Source of the DNA: an uncultured delta proteobacterium
GTDB taxonomy: Bacteria; Myxococcota_A; Polyangia; Haliangiales; Haliangiaceae
DNA length: 64,000 nucleotides
Direction of reading: 5' to 3'
NCBI GenBank assembly: GCA_963848295.1
Contig: CAWKDB010000010.1
Location: 3,200,001 to 3,264,000 of the forward strand
Shown here: positions 62,985 through 64,000 of the stretch, piece after piece
Numbering within the stretch: position 1 is the stretch's first letter
Layout: each line of letters opens with the position of its first letter
Program-made: the position numbers and the translations under genes
Notes under the pieces: generated by a model
Databases searched by the model: none
What the model was told of the DNA's origin: nothing
What the model saw: the letters and a program-made list of their open reading frames with translations, nothing else

Positions 62985-63278
62985 GTGTTCGAGCCAACCA
63001 CTTTCGAGCTCGCACTGTGGTGCAAATTACTACGCGACCGGGGCAAGACCGGCGCTCAGATCGCCCGCGCGCTGACCAAGAGCGAGGGCTACATCAACAA
63101 TCTGATCAGGGTGATCGAGCGGTCGTCGATCGCGGTGCTCGGCCGGTGGCGGGCCGAACAGCTGACCGCGGCGGCGCCGCCGGTGTGCGCGACCGACTGG
63201 CTGATGCAGGTCTGCCTGTTGCCGCACGATCGCCAGGACGACGAGCTCGCGCGCCGCCTCGCGGCCGCCGGTTTGTAA
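62985..63278 (+). CDS. Small ParB/KorB-type HTH protein
   Basis: FELALWCKLLRDRGKTGAQIARALTKSEGYINNLIRV; start uncertain. Confidence 0.55.
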   Translation: MFEPTTFELALWCKLLRDRGKTGAQIARALTKSEGYINNLIRVIERSSIAVLGRWRAEQLTAAAPPVCATDWLMQVCLLPHDRQDDELARRLAAAGL

Positions 63279-63350
63279 GGTTTGCGTATGGCGGTACGCG
63301 CTTCGTAGACCGATCCGCGCCGGCGGGCGTTACCCCGATCCGGAGGAATC

Positions 63351-64000
63351 ATGCGCATCGTTACCCGTCTATTCGTTGCTCATCTCGCGCTGGCCCTCGG
63401 GCCGGCGGTCGCGCTCGCTGGTGACGGCAGCCCGCCGCAAGCCAAGACCCCGCCGGCGGCGAATGCCGCGCTGACCGATCACACGAAGATGCTCGACCCG
63501 ATCCAGGTCGACAGCTTGACGGTCACGCCGATCGAAGCGACCACCGACACCGCCGGCAAGGATCAGAACCTGACGGTGCTCGACGAGGCGATGGGCAAGA
63601 AGCTCGTGACCATTCGCGAGAAGCCCGACAAAGAGGTCAACGCGCTCGTGTTGACCAACAAGTCCGACCAGGCGCTGTTCCTGATGAGCGGCGAGGTCAT
63701 CATCGGCGGCGAGCAAGATCGGATCATCGGCCGCAACACGATCATCCCGCCGAAGACGACCCAGGACGTGCCGGTGTTCTGCGTGGAGCACGGCCGGTGG
63801 AGCGGCAACAGCAAGGAGTTCACGACCGCGAAGGCGCTCGCCCACGGCCGGTTGCGCGGCAAGGCGAGCTACGCCAGCCAGCAGGCGGTGTGGGACGAGG
63901 TCGCGACCAAGAACGAAGCGCGCAAGACCGAGACCGCGACCGGCACGTATCGCAAGGTCGCGCTCGAACAGTCGGACGGCTCGCTCGCATCCATGCAGAA
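63351..64000 (+). CDS. Secreted ARPP-1/DUF6569-like protein, runs off the window
   Basis: Read manually: GGAGG RBS, MRIVTRLFVAHLALAL..., LDEAM, VNALVLTN, GEVIIGGEQDR, VPVFCVEHGRW. Confidence 0.75.
   Translation, partial: MRIVTRLFVAHLALALGPAVALAGDGSPPQAKTPPAANAALTDHTKMLDPIQVDSLTVTPIEATTDTAGKDQNLTVLDEAMGKKLVTIREKPDKEVNALVLTNKSDQALFLMSGEVIIGGEQDRIIGRNTIIPPKTTQDVPVFCVEHGRWSGNSKEFTTAKALAHGRLRGKASYASQQAVWDEVATKNEARKTETATGTYRKVALEQSDGSLASMQ

Overview
High-GC bacterial chromosomal window, most consistent with a myxobacterium (Myxococcota; inferred from MYXO-CTERM-like tails, many lipoproteins, Ser/Thr kinases and an MshEN protein). Housekeeping genes include a 2-oxoacid:ferredoxin oxidoreductase alpha/beta pair, ppk1, queC, a BtuFDC-like ABC importer with cobT, a class II ribonucleotide reductase (nrdJ), minCDE, tag and mug. 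These are interspersed with many secreted or lipoprotein genes and one complete IS1380-family element with inverted repeats and a CTAG target duplication. Several single-base frameshifts (korA x2, the permease, minD) look like long-read indel errors. I recognised no rRNA, tRNA or canonical CRISPR array. The most unusual signal is a dispersed non-coding repeat family (GGGGACG-N8-TTGWCAAC). It occurs four times as direct repeat-spacer-repeat doublets with fixed periods (65 or 74-75 bp) and once as a solo copy. The copies abut or invade gene 3' ends, and two doublets flank a membrane HExxH gene in inverted orientation. Also notable: a phased DnaA-box array plus tandem NrdR boxes upstream of nrdJ, a tandem array of retropepsin-like lipoproteins lacking the DTG motif, an orphan contractile-injection-system tube gene, and several chimeric or deleted gene relics. 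Family calls come from motif recognition by eye; no database searches were run.
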